Below, piece by piece: positions 17,872 to 26,345 of a stretch of 64,000 nucleotides of DNA. Origin of the DNA: Alphaproteobacteria bacterium. Lineage in GTDB: Bacteria; Pseudomonadota; Alphaproteobacteria; Bin95. The stretch covers positions 64,001 to 128,000 of the forward strand of contig OZ219789.1 of assembly GCA_964291285.2 (NCBI GenBank), read 5' to 3'. The position numbers and the translations under genes were made by a program. Position 1 is the stretch's first letter. Each line of letters starts with the position of its first letter. The notes beneath the pieces were generated by a model. It saw only the letters and a list, made by a program, of their open reading frames with translations. It ran no database searches and was not told the origin of the DNA.

Positions 17872-19131
17872 TCAGTACCGGTCCCGTGTGAACCGCGTCC
17901 ACACCGTCGGCTTTATCTCGCGCCGGATATCGAGATCGGCGGCCAGTTCGCGCCAGCCGATGCTGCGCGGCCCCGCCGGATCGTCCCGGACCGTCATCTC
18001 CAGGCGGCCCCGCGTCCAGCGCCAGGTTCCGTCGAAATGAGGGCCTGACACCAGGGTCCCCGCCTCGTCCACCACCGAGAACTTCCCCTCGGGATGGAAC
18101 ACGAAGCGCCTGTCCGCATACGCCTCGCCCATGAACGCCAGCGAACGCGGATAGGGACGCGCGATGAAGTGGTCCGTCAGCTGGAACGCCGGATGGCGGT
18201 GGCCCGTCGGCAGATACGGAAACGGATAGCCGACCGGATAGCGGAACCGGACCCTCGGCCCGTCATGGATCTCGATCCACTCGCCCGCCTCGTCCGCCGT
18301 GCGCACGATGTCCCAGTAGCCGTCCGTCATGTTCCAGTGCCCGATCCGCCAGAGCTCCTCCCGGTCCCCGGCGCGCACATAGGTGAGGCCGATGCGCTTG
18401 TAGGTCATCAGCACATTGCCTTCCTGCGCCTCGAGGAAGGCCTCGACCTCCGCCTTCGTCGTCGTCGGCCTGCCGCCCGAAGCGCCCAGGCCCGTGCGGC
18501 CGGGCGACGTCAACCGCCAACCCGGGAAGTGCCGGACCGGCGCGTCCGGGTCCTGGCGGCGCAGCTCGTCCATCTTCAGCGAGGTCTGCTTCTCGTTGAC
18601 CCGGATATGCGCCGGGACCAGGTCCGGACAGGCGTCTGCCAGGGCGCGCGGCCAGCTGTCCTGGATATGGCCCGGATTGGTGAGGACAGCGCCGCCCTGC
18701 CCGTTGACTTCGGTCGCGAGCGTGCCGGTCTCCGGATCGTAGAAATGGGATGCATACAGCCGCTTCTGCGGGTCGATCTGCCACGCGACTTCGCCGCCGT
18801 TTCCCGCCATATGTGTTGACCAGCGGGTCGTGTCGTTGCCCAGCCATTGGAACCTGCCGCCCGGGCGGCGGTGCGCGACGCACTCGTAGGCCGTCCCGTC
18901 GGCGCCGAAGACCACCCCCTGGACGACATTGCGGAACCGCCCGGTCCCCTCGACCACCTTCACCCTGTCCGCGAGCAGCCGGTTGTAGAAGTCGGCACTG
19001 TAGGGCGTATGGTTGATATAGACCTTGCTGTCGAGCTTGGCCGACTGCCCGTGCGCCGTGCAGGAGGCCAGCGCCGCGCCCGCAAGCGCCAGCGCCAGCA
19101 GTCTCCCTGCCGTGAGGTTCGACGGCTTCAT
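17872..19131 (-). CDS. Hypothetical lipoprotein (419 aa)
   Basis: MKPSNLTAGRLLALALAGAALAS-C lipobox, ATGA overlap with the desaturase stop, aromatic/beta-rich body. Confidence 0.75.
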   Translation of the reverse strand: MKPSNLTAGRLLALALAGAALASCTAHGQSAKLDSKVYINHTPYSADFYNRLLADRVKVVEGTGRFRNVVQGVVFGADGTAYECVAHRRPGGRFQWLGNDTTRWSTHMAGNGGEVAWQIDPQKRLYASHFYDPETGTLATEVNGQGGAVLTNPGHIQDSWPRALADACPDLVPAHIRVNEKQTSLKMDELRRQDPDAPVRHFPGWRLTSPGRTGLGASGGRPTTTKAEVEAFLEAQEGNVLMTYKRIGLTYVRAGDREELWRIGHWNMTDGYWDIVRTADEAGEWIEIHDGPRVRFRYPVGYPFPYLPTGHRHPAFQLTDHFIARPYPRSLAFMGEAYADRRFVFHPEGKFSVVDEAGTLVSGPHFDGTWRWTRGRLEMTVRDDPAGPRSIGWRELAADLDIRREIKPTVWTRFTRDRY

Positions 19132-19958
19132 GTCACTGTCTCCCTTCCGTCTCGCGATGGAGTGCGCCGGGCCCGGATGCGGGCCCCGCAAGAGGCCAGT
19201 CCGATCACGAGGCCCGCCATGTCGAGCGTCGGGTGGAACACCGCCCGGCCCGGCGCGGCGTGATGGTTGTTGTGCCAGCCCTCGCCCCAGGTGAGCAGTG
19301 CGACCGCCGGGTTGTTGCGGCTGTCGTCGCCCGTCCGGTGCGGCTGCGCCCCCCAGCGGTGGCAGGCCATCGTCACCAGCCCGCCCGCCCAGAGCGTCGC
19401 CGCCACCGGGACCGCCCAGCCGAAGACCGCCAGACGCCAGTCCAGCACCGCCAGCAGCACAGGCCAGCCGAGCGCCAGCGGCAGGTAGTGCCGGTGCAGC
19501 CACAGGCCGAACCGGTCGCCGCGCAGCTCGCGCCGGAACGCCGCCCTGTCCGCCGGCGCGCCGTAGCTCCCGACCAGCAGCGCCCGCCAGCCGAGCCGGC
19601 CGGCCGGATGCGGGTCGCCCGCCCGGTCGGCATGGGCGTGATGGCGCCGGTGCGTCACCGCCCATGCGGGTCCGGTCCCGAAGCAGCCCATCACTCCCAG
19701 CAGGTGGAACATCACCACCGCCCGGCGCGGCGCCGCGAAACTCCGGTGCGCGAAGTAGCGGTGGAACCCGATCGACAGCCCGACGCAGCCGAAGAGGAAA
19801 TAGCCGGACAGCGCGAGCGCCCACCAGGCGAGACCCGCTTCGGCGAACGCCAGCGCCCACAGCGCGACCGCGCCGGTGACGATCTGGACCGCGCCGAAGA
19901 ACATCATCGGCGCACCCGCCCTCCGGAACAGGTCCGTTCCCGCCGCCGGCGCGCTCAC
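19128..19958 (-). CDS. Membrane fatty-acid (delta-9 acyl-CoA-type) desaturase
   Basis: Three His boxes: HRYFAH, HRRHH, GEGWHNNHH. Start at GTG 19958 (overlap) or ATG 19907. Confidence 0.9.
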   Translation of the reverse strand: MSAPAAGTDLFRRAGAPMMFFGAVQIVTGAVALWALAFAEAGLAWWALALSGYFLFGCVGLSIGFHRYFAHRSFAAPRRAVVMFHLLGVMGCFGTGPAWAVTHRRHHAHADRAGDPHPAGRLGWRALLVGSYGAPADRAAFRRELRGDRFGLWLHRHYLPLALGWPVLLAVLDWRLAVFGWAVPVAATLWAGGLVTMACHRWGAQPHRTGDDSRNNPAVALLTWGEGWHNNHHAAPGRAVFHPTLDMAGLVIGLASCGARIRARRTPSRDGRETVT

Positions 19959-20470
19959 AGCGCGAGCTCGTAGTTGCCGCCCGTCAGCCGGAAGCCGAGG
20001 CGCTTCAACAGCCTGTCGGTCCGCGCGATGTCCACGCCGGAGGCGACATTGACATGCAGGCGGACCGCGCCGCGTTCCCCGGCCCACCGCCGGCAGGCGT
20101 GCAGCAGCTTGATCGCCGCCAGCGACCCCCGATGCTCCGGCAGCACGTAGAAGGCGAGGATCGAGGCGCCGGGCGCGGACGAGTACCAGTGAGGCCCGAC
20201 AGCCGCTGACAGCATGCCGACCGTGCGCTCGCCGCGCTCGGCCTGCACCAGGCAATACCTGCCAGGCTTCGCGAGGCGCTCGACGACGCCCCGCCTGACA
20301 AGTTCCCCATCGAAGGGGAGCGCCTTGTCGCCCATCTCCTCATACGCGCGGCGGGCCAGGCTCACCCGCGCGGCGATATCCTCTTCGGACCGCGAGAACC
20401 GGACGGTCACGCTGCCGGGCCGGGCGTCTGCCGGGCGGGGCGCAGCGGCAACTGCCGGGGCCGCGCTCAT
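19955..20470 (-). CDS. GNAT-family acyltransferase
   Basis: FYVLPEHRGSLAAIKLL (motif A-like), RWAGERGA, LLKRLGF. Overlaps both neighbours. Confidence 0.85.
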   Translation of the reverse strand: MSAAPAVAAAPRPADARPGSVTVRFSRSEEDIAARVSLARRAYEEMGDKALPFDGELVRRGVVERLAKPGRYCLVQAERGERTVGMLSAAVGPHWYSSAPGASILAFYVLPEHRGSLAAIKLLHACRRWAGERGAVRLHVNVASGVDIARTDRLLKRLGFRLTGGNYELAL

Positions 20471-22314
20471 TCCCTGCGCTCCCCGACCCTGAGCGAGACG
20501 TCCCAAAACGCCCTCGGGCCATCCTTGCCGACATATTGGCCCTCGCCGAACACGGTGTTGCCGGCGACGCTTCGCACGACGCCGTCGCTCGTCAGCGCGA
20601 TGGACCGGATGCCGGCCTCGTCGAGGCTGCGCAACTCGCCCGGATCGCTCTCGCCGTCCCGGTCGAGGTCCTGCCAGACCCGGAACAGGGCCCACTCCGC
20701 ATCCTCGGGGTCCAACTGCCCGTCGCCGTCGGTGTCGAAATGGCGGAGGCCCTCGAGGTCCGTGCGCGCGCCCGGCACATAGGAGACGAAGCTCAACTCG
20801 TCATGCGCCGCGATCCGCCCGTCGCCGTCCTTGTCGTAGGCCAGGAAGCCGTCATCGGCGGCGGCCCAGGCCATGCGGGTGCGATAGCCATCGCCGTTGA
20901 TGTCGTAGAACGCGGTCGAGTCCTCGAGCGCCACCAGCTCCACCCCGTCCCCGTCCAGGTCCAGCACGATCGGCTTGGCGCCCCCGCCACCACCATTGTG
21001 GCCGCCATTGTTGGCGCTGTCGCCCTTGCCGCTGGAGCCGCAGCAGCCCACGCTCGGATCCGTGTCGTCGTCGTCGTCTCCGGCCTCGACCCCGTCATTG
21101 TCACCATCATGTCCTCCCGGGCTCTCATATTCGGGGCCGGGCAGGATGGGATCGGTCGGCGGCGGCTGGATGGGCGTCGGCGTCCTGGGCCCGACCGGAG
21201 GCGGATCGGTCGGCCGGGGAGGCGCGCCCGGATCGGGCGTTACCGGATCGGGACGCCGCGGTGGGTCCTGCGGCGGAGGCGGAGGAGGCTGGCAGTTGTC
21301 CACGTTCCGCACCCACCGCCGGGCCCCGACCAGGCGCCATGTCCGCACCACCTCCGCGCCCGGACGGACCTGGAAGTCCCGATACTGCGTGTCCTGCTCG
21401 TAATGCGAGGTGCAGCCGCCCGACCACCCCGAGGGGCAGGAGCAGGAGCCCGTGGTGCGCTGCACCGGCCCCGCATACAGCCGGATCACCGGGTCCGGGA
21501 GCGGGGCCGGGGCCGGCGCCTGCGCATACACATGCGGGCAGAGGCCGCCGGCATGGCGCCACGGGCCGCATTGCGCCTGCGCGCCGAGACCCGCCCGGCG
21601 GTCGCAGTCGCGCGGCCAGAGATGCGCCGCGTCCGGCGCCGTCGCCGCAAGGTCCCGGCCCCGCGCATCGCCCGCCCCGCGAATGTCCGTCGCCTGGATC
21701 GGAACACGACGCGACTCGCGGAAGGTCTCCGCCGCCGAACCCGGACAGGCCACCGTCCGGAACTCCGTCTCCCAGCGGAATCCCGTCACCGTGCGCGCCG
21801 GATCGGCCACCGCCCCCACAAGCCCGACACGATCCTCCCCCAGCGAGGGAACCGACATGCAGGCCGGCAGCGACGCGTCGGCGCGCCCGAGCGCCCCCGC
21901 CGCAATGCGCGTGTTCGCCAGGATCACATGCAGCCCCGCCCGGCCGCCCCGCACCGGCGCCACCTGAACCTCGCGATGGCCCCGGCCCACGCCCTTCAGC
22001 TCGTCGCTGGCCGCATAGACCGCCAGCACCCCGCCGCAATAGCGCGCCGTCAGGCCCCGCTCCGTCCAGGACCCGAGCCACCAGGCGCCGGAGGGCGGGT
22101 CCGAGGCGCCGTCCCATTCGCTCCGCCAGAGCCGGGCCGCGTCCGTCACGCGGATGCGCTCCCCGACACTCGCGAAGGCGGTCCGGATCGCCGCCGCATG
22201 CGCCAGCGCCTCCTGGCGCCGCGTCCGGTCCGGGTCGCCCGTCTGCGCCACGGCGCCAGGCGCGATCGCGGCGAGGGCCAACGCCAGCGCCGCTGCGGTT
22301 CCCGCCTGTCTCAT
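20467..22314 (-). CDS. Secreted Cys/Pro-rich adhesin-like protein with C-terminal FrpC self-processing-module-like Ca2+-binding domain
   Basis: Signal peptide AVA-Q, Cys-rich repeats, Pro-rich and acidic/Gly linker, then KPIVLDLDGDGVE...DDGFLAYDKDGDG...FDTDGDGQLD...RVWQDLDRDGESDPGELRSLDEAGIRSIAL. Confidence 0.8.
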   Translation of the reverse strand: MRQAGTAAALALALAAIAPGAVAQTGDPDRTRRQEALAHAAAIRTAFASVGERIRVTDAARLWRSEWDGASDPPSGAWWLGSWTERGLTARYCGGVLAVYAASDELKGVGRGHREVQVAPVRGGRAGLHVILANTRIAAGALGRADASLPACMSVPSLGEDRVGLVGAVADPARTVTGFRWETEFRTVACPGSAAETFRESRRVPIQATDIRGAGDARGRDLAATAPDAAHLWPRDCDRRAGLGAQAQCGPWRHAGGLCPHVYAQAPAPAPLPDPVIRLYAGPVQRTTGSCSCPSGWSGGCTSHYEQDTQYRDFQVRPGAEVVRTWRLVGARRWVRNVDNCQPPPPPPQDPPRRPDPVTPDPGAPPRPTDPPPVGPRTPTPIQPPPTDPILPGPEYESPGGHDGDNDGVEAGDDDDDTDPSVGCCGSSGKGDSANNGGHNGGGGGAKPIVLDLDGDGVELVALEDSTAFYDINGDGYRTRMAWAAADDGFLAYDKDGDGRIAAHDELSFVSYVPGARTDLEGLRHFDTDGDGQLDPEDAEWALFRVWQDLDRDGESDPGELRSLDEAGIRSIALTSDGVVRSVAGNTVFGEGQYVGKDGPRAFWDVSLRVGERRE

Positions 22315-23591
22315 CCCGCACTCCCCGCCGCGCCGTCCACCGGCAGGCCCGTCAGCGCCGTGAACTCGCTCTGAAGCATCCGGAACGGGCGAGCCCGCCG
22401 GCAGGCGAATACCCAGCCCCCCTCCCGGCTCCACGCCGCGGACACCACCTCCAGGCCCTCGACCGCCGTCAGCATCGCGACCGCCTCGCGCAGCGGGCGC
22501 ACGGTCCGCAACTCCACCTCGACCTCCGCTCCCCACTGCCCGTAGCCGATAGCGAACCCCCGCAGCCCCAGCGCCCTGTCCAGGCGACGGCGGAACGCGG
22601 CTGGCTCCGGCCAGGGCGCGGCCTCCGGGTCGTGGCGCGCCAGCACCGCCGGCAGCGGGCTGAACGCCGCCGCCGTTCCCGTGTTATCCAGAAGGGCGTT
22701 GCGCCAGTCTCCCAGCATGTCCTGCGCCAGAGGCACATGCACGCGCGGGTCGAGGCCCTCGCGCAGGCCCCAGTGCACCTCCAGCACCGCCTGCCCGGAC
22801 AGGCCGCCCGGCGACAGGCCGGACCGCGCCTGCACGAAGCGCGGATGGCACGCCGCCCCCTGCCGCTCCCACCCCGACATCGTGACCCGGTGCGCCTCCA
22901 GCGCCGCCCGGCAGTGCCGCAGGAACGCCCCGCTCCGCACCACCGCGTCGACCATCGGCGGTTCCTCCGGCGGCGCCTTCTTCAGATGGACGAACACCAG
23001 TATGTCGTCCCGATGGTTCCAGGCCGGCCAGGCCCCGCCCCCGGCCAGCACCAGCAGCGCCGCCGCGATGCCCGCGCGCCAGGTCAGGCGCACCTTCGGC
23101 GCTTCGACCATGACCGGCAGGCCCGCCGCCGCACCCGCAAGCGCCCCGCTCTCCACAACCGCCCCGGCCCCGAACAGCTCCGCAAGGCCCGGCGTCGCGA
23201 TCACTGCCGCGTCCTGGCCGCCGGCGCTGCCCAGCGCCCGGTGCGCCTGGTCCGCCGAGCGGTAGACGCTCTCCCCGCCCGGCAGGATGCGCCCGCCCGC
23301 GCTCCGCACGACACCGACACGGTTGCCGCCGTCCTCCTCCACGAAGGCCGCCCAGGCGGCAGGCGCCCCCGCGCCGCCGGATGCCAGCACCGCCCGCAGC
23401 GCCCCGGCAAGCGGCGGCAGGCCGCCCGGCGCCTCCGCCGCCCCCAGAAACCCCGTCTGCCCGTCAAGCTCCACCATCCAGGCATGGCCGCGCTCGCGCG
23501 CCGCCCGCGCCGCACGGCCACGGGACAGCACATCCCGCTCCCAGTCGAGACCGGCCGCAAACCGCCGCCCGCCCACCGCCAGCACGCTCAT
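22311..23591 (-). CDS. pilO: PilO-like pilus accessory protein
   Basis: N-terminal GRRFAAGLDWE motif, central TM, directly after the secretin. Confidence 0.7.
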   Translation of the reverse strand: MSVLAVGGRRFAAGLDWERDVLSRGRAARAARERGHAWMVELDGQTGFLGAAEAPGGLPPLAGALRAVLASGGAGAPAAWAAFVEEDGGNRVGVVRSAGGRILPGGESVYRSADQAHRALGSAGGQDAAVIATPGLAELFGAGAVVESGALAGAAAGLPVMVEAPKVRLTWRAGIAAALLVLAGGGAWPAWNHRDDILVFVHLKKAPPEEPPMVDAVVRSGAFLRHCRAALEAHRVTMSGWERQGAACHPRFVQARSGLSPGGLSGQAVLEVHWGLREGLDPRVHVPLAQDMLGDWRNALLDNTGTAAAFSPLPAVLARHDPEAAPWPEPAAFRRRLDRALGLRGFAIGYGQWGAEVEVELRTVRPLREAVAMLTAVEGLEVVSAAWSREGGWVFACRRARPFRMLQSEFTALTGLPVDGAAGSAG

Positions 23592-25201
23592 CCGCCCGCC
23601 TCCCGGTCCGCGCCCGCCGGTCCTGCACCGCCGCCCGCAGCCGCGACCGGAGCCGGGCCGAACCCCGCCCGCTCCGATATCCCCAGCGGCGCCCCGATCT
23701 CCGCCGTCACCAGAAGCGCCGTCTCCACACGCGCCAGGTCCGCCTTCCGGCCGCCCTCCGGGAACGGCACGTCCTCATGGACCGTCCCCGACCGGGTGCC
23801 CGTCGACGAGCGGTCCCGGAAGCCCGTCAGCAGCAGCGTCTCGCCCCGCGCGATGCGCTGCGTCGCCACGATCGCGCGCCGCCCGCCCGCAGGAAGCTGG
23901 ATCGCGTTGCCCGCAGAGCCGAAGGACGTGAACGCCGGACGGTCCTGGATCGTCGCCGTGATCCGCGCCAGGACCTCGTCATGCCCCACGACCCGCGCCA
24001 CGAAACTCAGCCCGAACCCCGACGACACCGTCCCCGGCGTCAGCTTGTACGACCGCACCCCGTCCTTGACCTCCGTGGCGACCTCCTTGAGGTAGGCCTG
24101 GTCGAACAGGTCGTAGAACTGCGCCGGGCGCCCGTTCAGCGTCGGCACGTCCACCGACAGCAGGCGCGAGGTCGTGCCCACCTTGCGGAGCGCCTTTACC
24201 GTCGCATTCAGCGTCTTCGTTCCGGCGGTCACCGGCTTCACTACCGAAATCGCGCCGCCCTGGAACCCGACCTGCAGGTTCGACCCGAACGCCTCCGGCA
24301 GCAGCCCCGTCAGACCCACCTCGTAGTCCGAGCCCCTGTCGAACCGCACCGAGTAGAGATGCACGCTCAGCGTCACCGGGCGCAGCACATGCCGGTTCAC
24401 ATGCTCCAGCCAGGACCGCACACGGTCCACCGCCCGCGGCAGGCCGGTCACCGTCACCGTCGCGGCCGCCGCCGAGATCGACACCCGGCCTTCGGAACCC
24501 GCGGCAGCCCCGGCCTGCGCCCCGATCTCCGACCAGGGCTCGTAGCTCATCTCCGAGGAGATCGACTGCTCCGAACTCCCCGAGGTCGCCTCGCCGCCGC
24601 TGCCCGAGGTCGTCGTTGTCACCGACCAGGTCTGGCGCCCCACCAGCGCATGCACCCCGAACACCCGCGTCTCGGAGCGCACCACCTCGACCAGCTCCGC
24701 CTCGCCGTCATACTGCCACCGGTAGCCCGCGCACTCCGTCCACGCGTCCAGCAGCCGGTCCAGCGGACCTGCCCACACGCCGCCCTCGCCGGCCAGTTCG
24801 TCCTCCCAGGAGGCCAGCCAGGCCTCGCACGCGCCGCCCGTCGGCGCCGGCTCGTTGTCCCTGTGGGCGGCTTCCCCCCATACGGCCCCGGTCAGCCGCA
24901 CCCCGATGCCGGTCGCTTCGGATATGCGGCGCGCCAGGACCTCGTCCCCCGGACCGTCGCCGAGCGTCACCACGATCCCGGTCTCCGACCTCAGATCGGC
25001 CGGAAGAAGGGAACGCTCCGGCGCAACCGCCGTCAGCGCAAGATACGGGTCCTTCGATTGCGTGAGGGATCGGAAACCCGGCCGCTCCGGACCCGGAGAC
25101 CCGAGCGAATCCAGCCGATCCTCTACCTCCGATGCCGCCCGGGCGACCTCCTCATGGTCAAGCCAGCCGCAGCCCGGCAGCGCAATGGCCGCCGCCAGCA
25201 A
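23588..25201 (-). CDS. pilN: PilN/BfpB-type lipoprotein secretin
   Basis: Lipobox LPGC, VTVTGLPRAV, PVTLSVHLYSV, TLNGRPAQ, LTPGTVSSG, GETLLLTGF. The true start may lie slightly upstream. Confidence 0.85.
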   Translation of the reverse strand: MLAAAIALPGCGWLDHEEVARAASEVEDRLDSLGSPGPERPGFRSLTQSKDPYLALTAVAPERSLLPADLRSETGIVVTLGDGPGDEVLARRISEATGIGVRLTGAVWGEAAHRDNEPAPTGGACEAWLASWEDELAGEGGVWAGPLDRLLDAWTECAGYRWQYDGEAELVEVVRSETRVFGVHALVGRQTWSVTTTTSGSGGEATSGSSEQSISSEMSYEPWSEIGAQAGAAAGSEGRVSISAAAATVTVTGLPRAVDRVRSWLEHVNRHVLRPVTLSVHLYSVRFDRGSDYEVGLTGLLPEAFGSNLQVGFQGGAISVVKPVTAGTKTLNATVKALRKVGTTSRLLSVDVPTLNGRPAQFYDLFDQAYLKEVATEVKDGVRSYKLTPGTVSSGFGLSFVARVVGHDEVLARITATIQDRPAFTSFGSAGNAIQLPAGGRRAIVATQRIARGETLLLTGFRDRSSTGTRSGTVHEDVPFPEGGRKADLARVETALLVTAEIGAPLGISERAGFGPAPVAAAGGGAGPAGADREAGG

Positions 25202-25373
25202 AACGGCCCGGGCAGCCGCTCCGGAACCCGATGCGGGGACGCTCGAACCGCCCGAAAGTCCTTGCCGCGCCGTGGTTGACAGGACCCCGAATCCCTCTCA
25301 ATCTTTTTCCGAATGCGAAGGTCGGTCGGCTGCCACTCATGAACATGACCGCGTTGTATGTCTTCGATATCGA

Positions 25374-25460
25374 CCAATCAAGAAAACAAGGCCAAATCAG
25401 CAAAAATGTTTCACTACATTTTTCTCAACCCGCGCCAATCATCACCTCACTATCCAATCA
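25374..25460. promoter_or_regulatory. Putative operator array: AAAAATGT-N6-ACATTTTT palindrome flanked by CCAATCA direct repeats
   Basis: Perfect 8-bp inverted repeat at 25402-25423. CCAATCA at 25374, 25435 and 25454, and CCAAATCA at 25392. Confidence 0.5.
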
Positions 25461-25589
25461 TTTCAACAACTTGGCGAAACCGCGCCCGGCAAAAATCGAC
25501 ACCGACTGTTCAAGTTGGGTCAGAAAGTGGCGCCGCTCGGCCGCGCGGCACCCGGGGACGCGGCTCCGGATTCCGCTTCCCTGGGGACC

Positions 25590-25616
25590 ATCATACCACA
25601 ATCCGCCAGATGTCAA
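25590..25616 (-). promoter_or_regulatory. Putative sigma70 promoter of the pil/dot operon
   Basis: Minus strand TTGACA-N15-TATGAT with a TG extension and AT-rich upstream tract. The spacer is shorter than canonical. Confidence 0.45.
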
Positions 25617-25684
25617 GATCAAATCAAGAATAAAAATCAATTTAATTAGATTTTTTTCATATTTCACGACTTTGGAAGGAACGG

Positions 25685-26302
25685 CTATTGCGGATCCGCC
25701 TCCCGGCCGAGCAGCAGCCGGATGCCGAGGCCGCCGAGGATGAGGGCGGCGGTGCGGTCGATATACCGCTTCGCCCGCATGTAGCGCTTCGCGACGGCCT
25801 CCGTGCTCATGCAGAAGGCGAGCGTCGAATAGAAGGCGACCTCCACCAGGAAATGGTTGGCGACGATCAGCGCGCTCTCCGCCGCGCCGAGCCCGGCGGG
25901 AAACACGGTGACCAGCAGGGCGGCCGCGAACAGCACGGATTTGGGATTGAGCAGGTTCACCAGGAAGCCCTGTCGGAAGGCGCGCGCCGCCGGCGCCGCC
26001 TTCGCCCCGGCCGGCGCGGAGCAGTCCCGCCACATCCTCCAGGCGAGCCAGATGAGATAGGCCGCGCCCGCGACCTTCGCCGCCGTGTGGACCGCCGGGA
26101 ACAACCGGAAGACGGCGCCGAGGCCGAGCAGCGCCATCCCCGTCCATGCGGCCGCCATCGTGCCGAGGCCGAAGCCCACAGCGATCCCCGCCCTTCTGCC
26201 GGTGCTGAGCGAGGTCTGGACGGCCATCAGCAGCGCCGGCCCCGGACTCGCGATCGCGGCCGCCAGCACGAGGTTGAAGGCGAGAACCTGTTCCAGCGTC
26301 AT
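25685..26302 (-). CDS. LysE/RhtB family exporter
   Basis: SPGPA, GAAYLIWLA and GFLVNLLNPKS motifs. Confidence 0.9.
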   Translation of the reverse strand: MTLEQVLAFNLVLAAAIASPGPALLMAVQTSLSTGRRAGIAVGFGLGTMAAAWTGMALLGLGAVFRLFPAVHTAAKVAGAAYLIWLAWRMWRDCSAPAGAKAAPAARAFRQGFLVNLLNPKSVLFAAALLVTVFPAGLGAAESALIVANHFLVEVAFYSTLAFCMSTEAVAKRYMRAKRYIDRTAALILGGLGIRLLLGREADPQ

Positions 26303-26345
26303 GCGTTTTCCTCCCGCCGATCCGGCTGCGCCGCATCCGCCGCGG

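Larger units (their letters stand above)
1..25680 (-). mobile_element. Putative conjugative/integrative element segment: type IVb pilus plus Dot/Icm-type T4BSS operon (incomplete, continues past the left edge)
   Basis: About 28 co-oriented, mostly overlapping (ATGA/GTGA) genes with pil- and dot/icm-like products. Visibly more GC-rich than the rest of the window and ends in an AT-rich intergenic tract. No integrase or att site is visible, so mobility is inferred. Confidence 0.7.

Noticed and set aside
1134-25279. Many long Arg/Pro/Ala-rich plus-strand ORFs in the element
   Set aside because: They have no motifs and lie opposite a tightly coupled minus-strand operon. Only 17387-17749 is credible.
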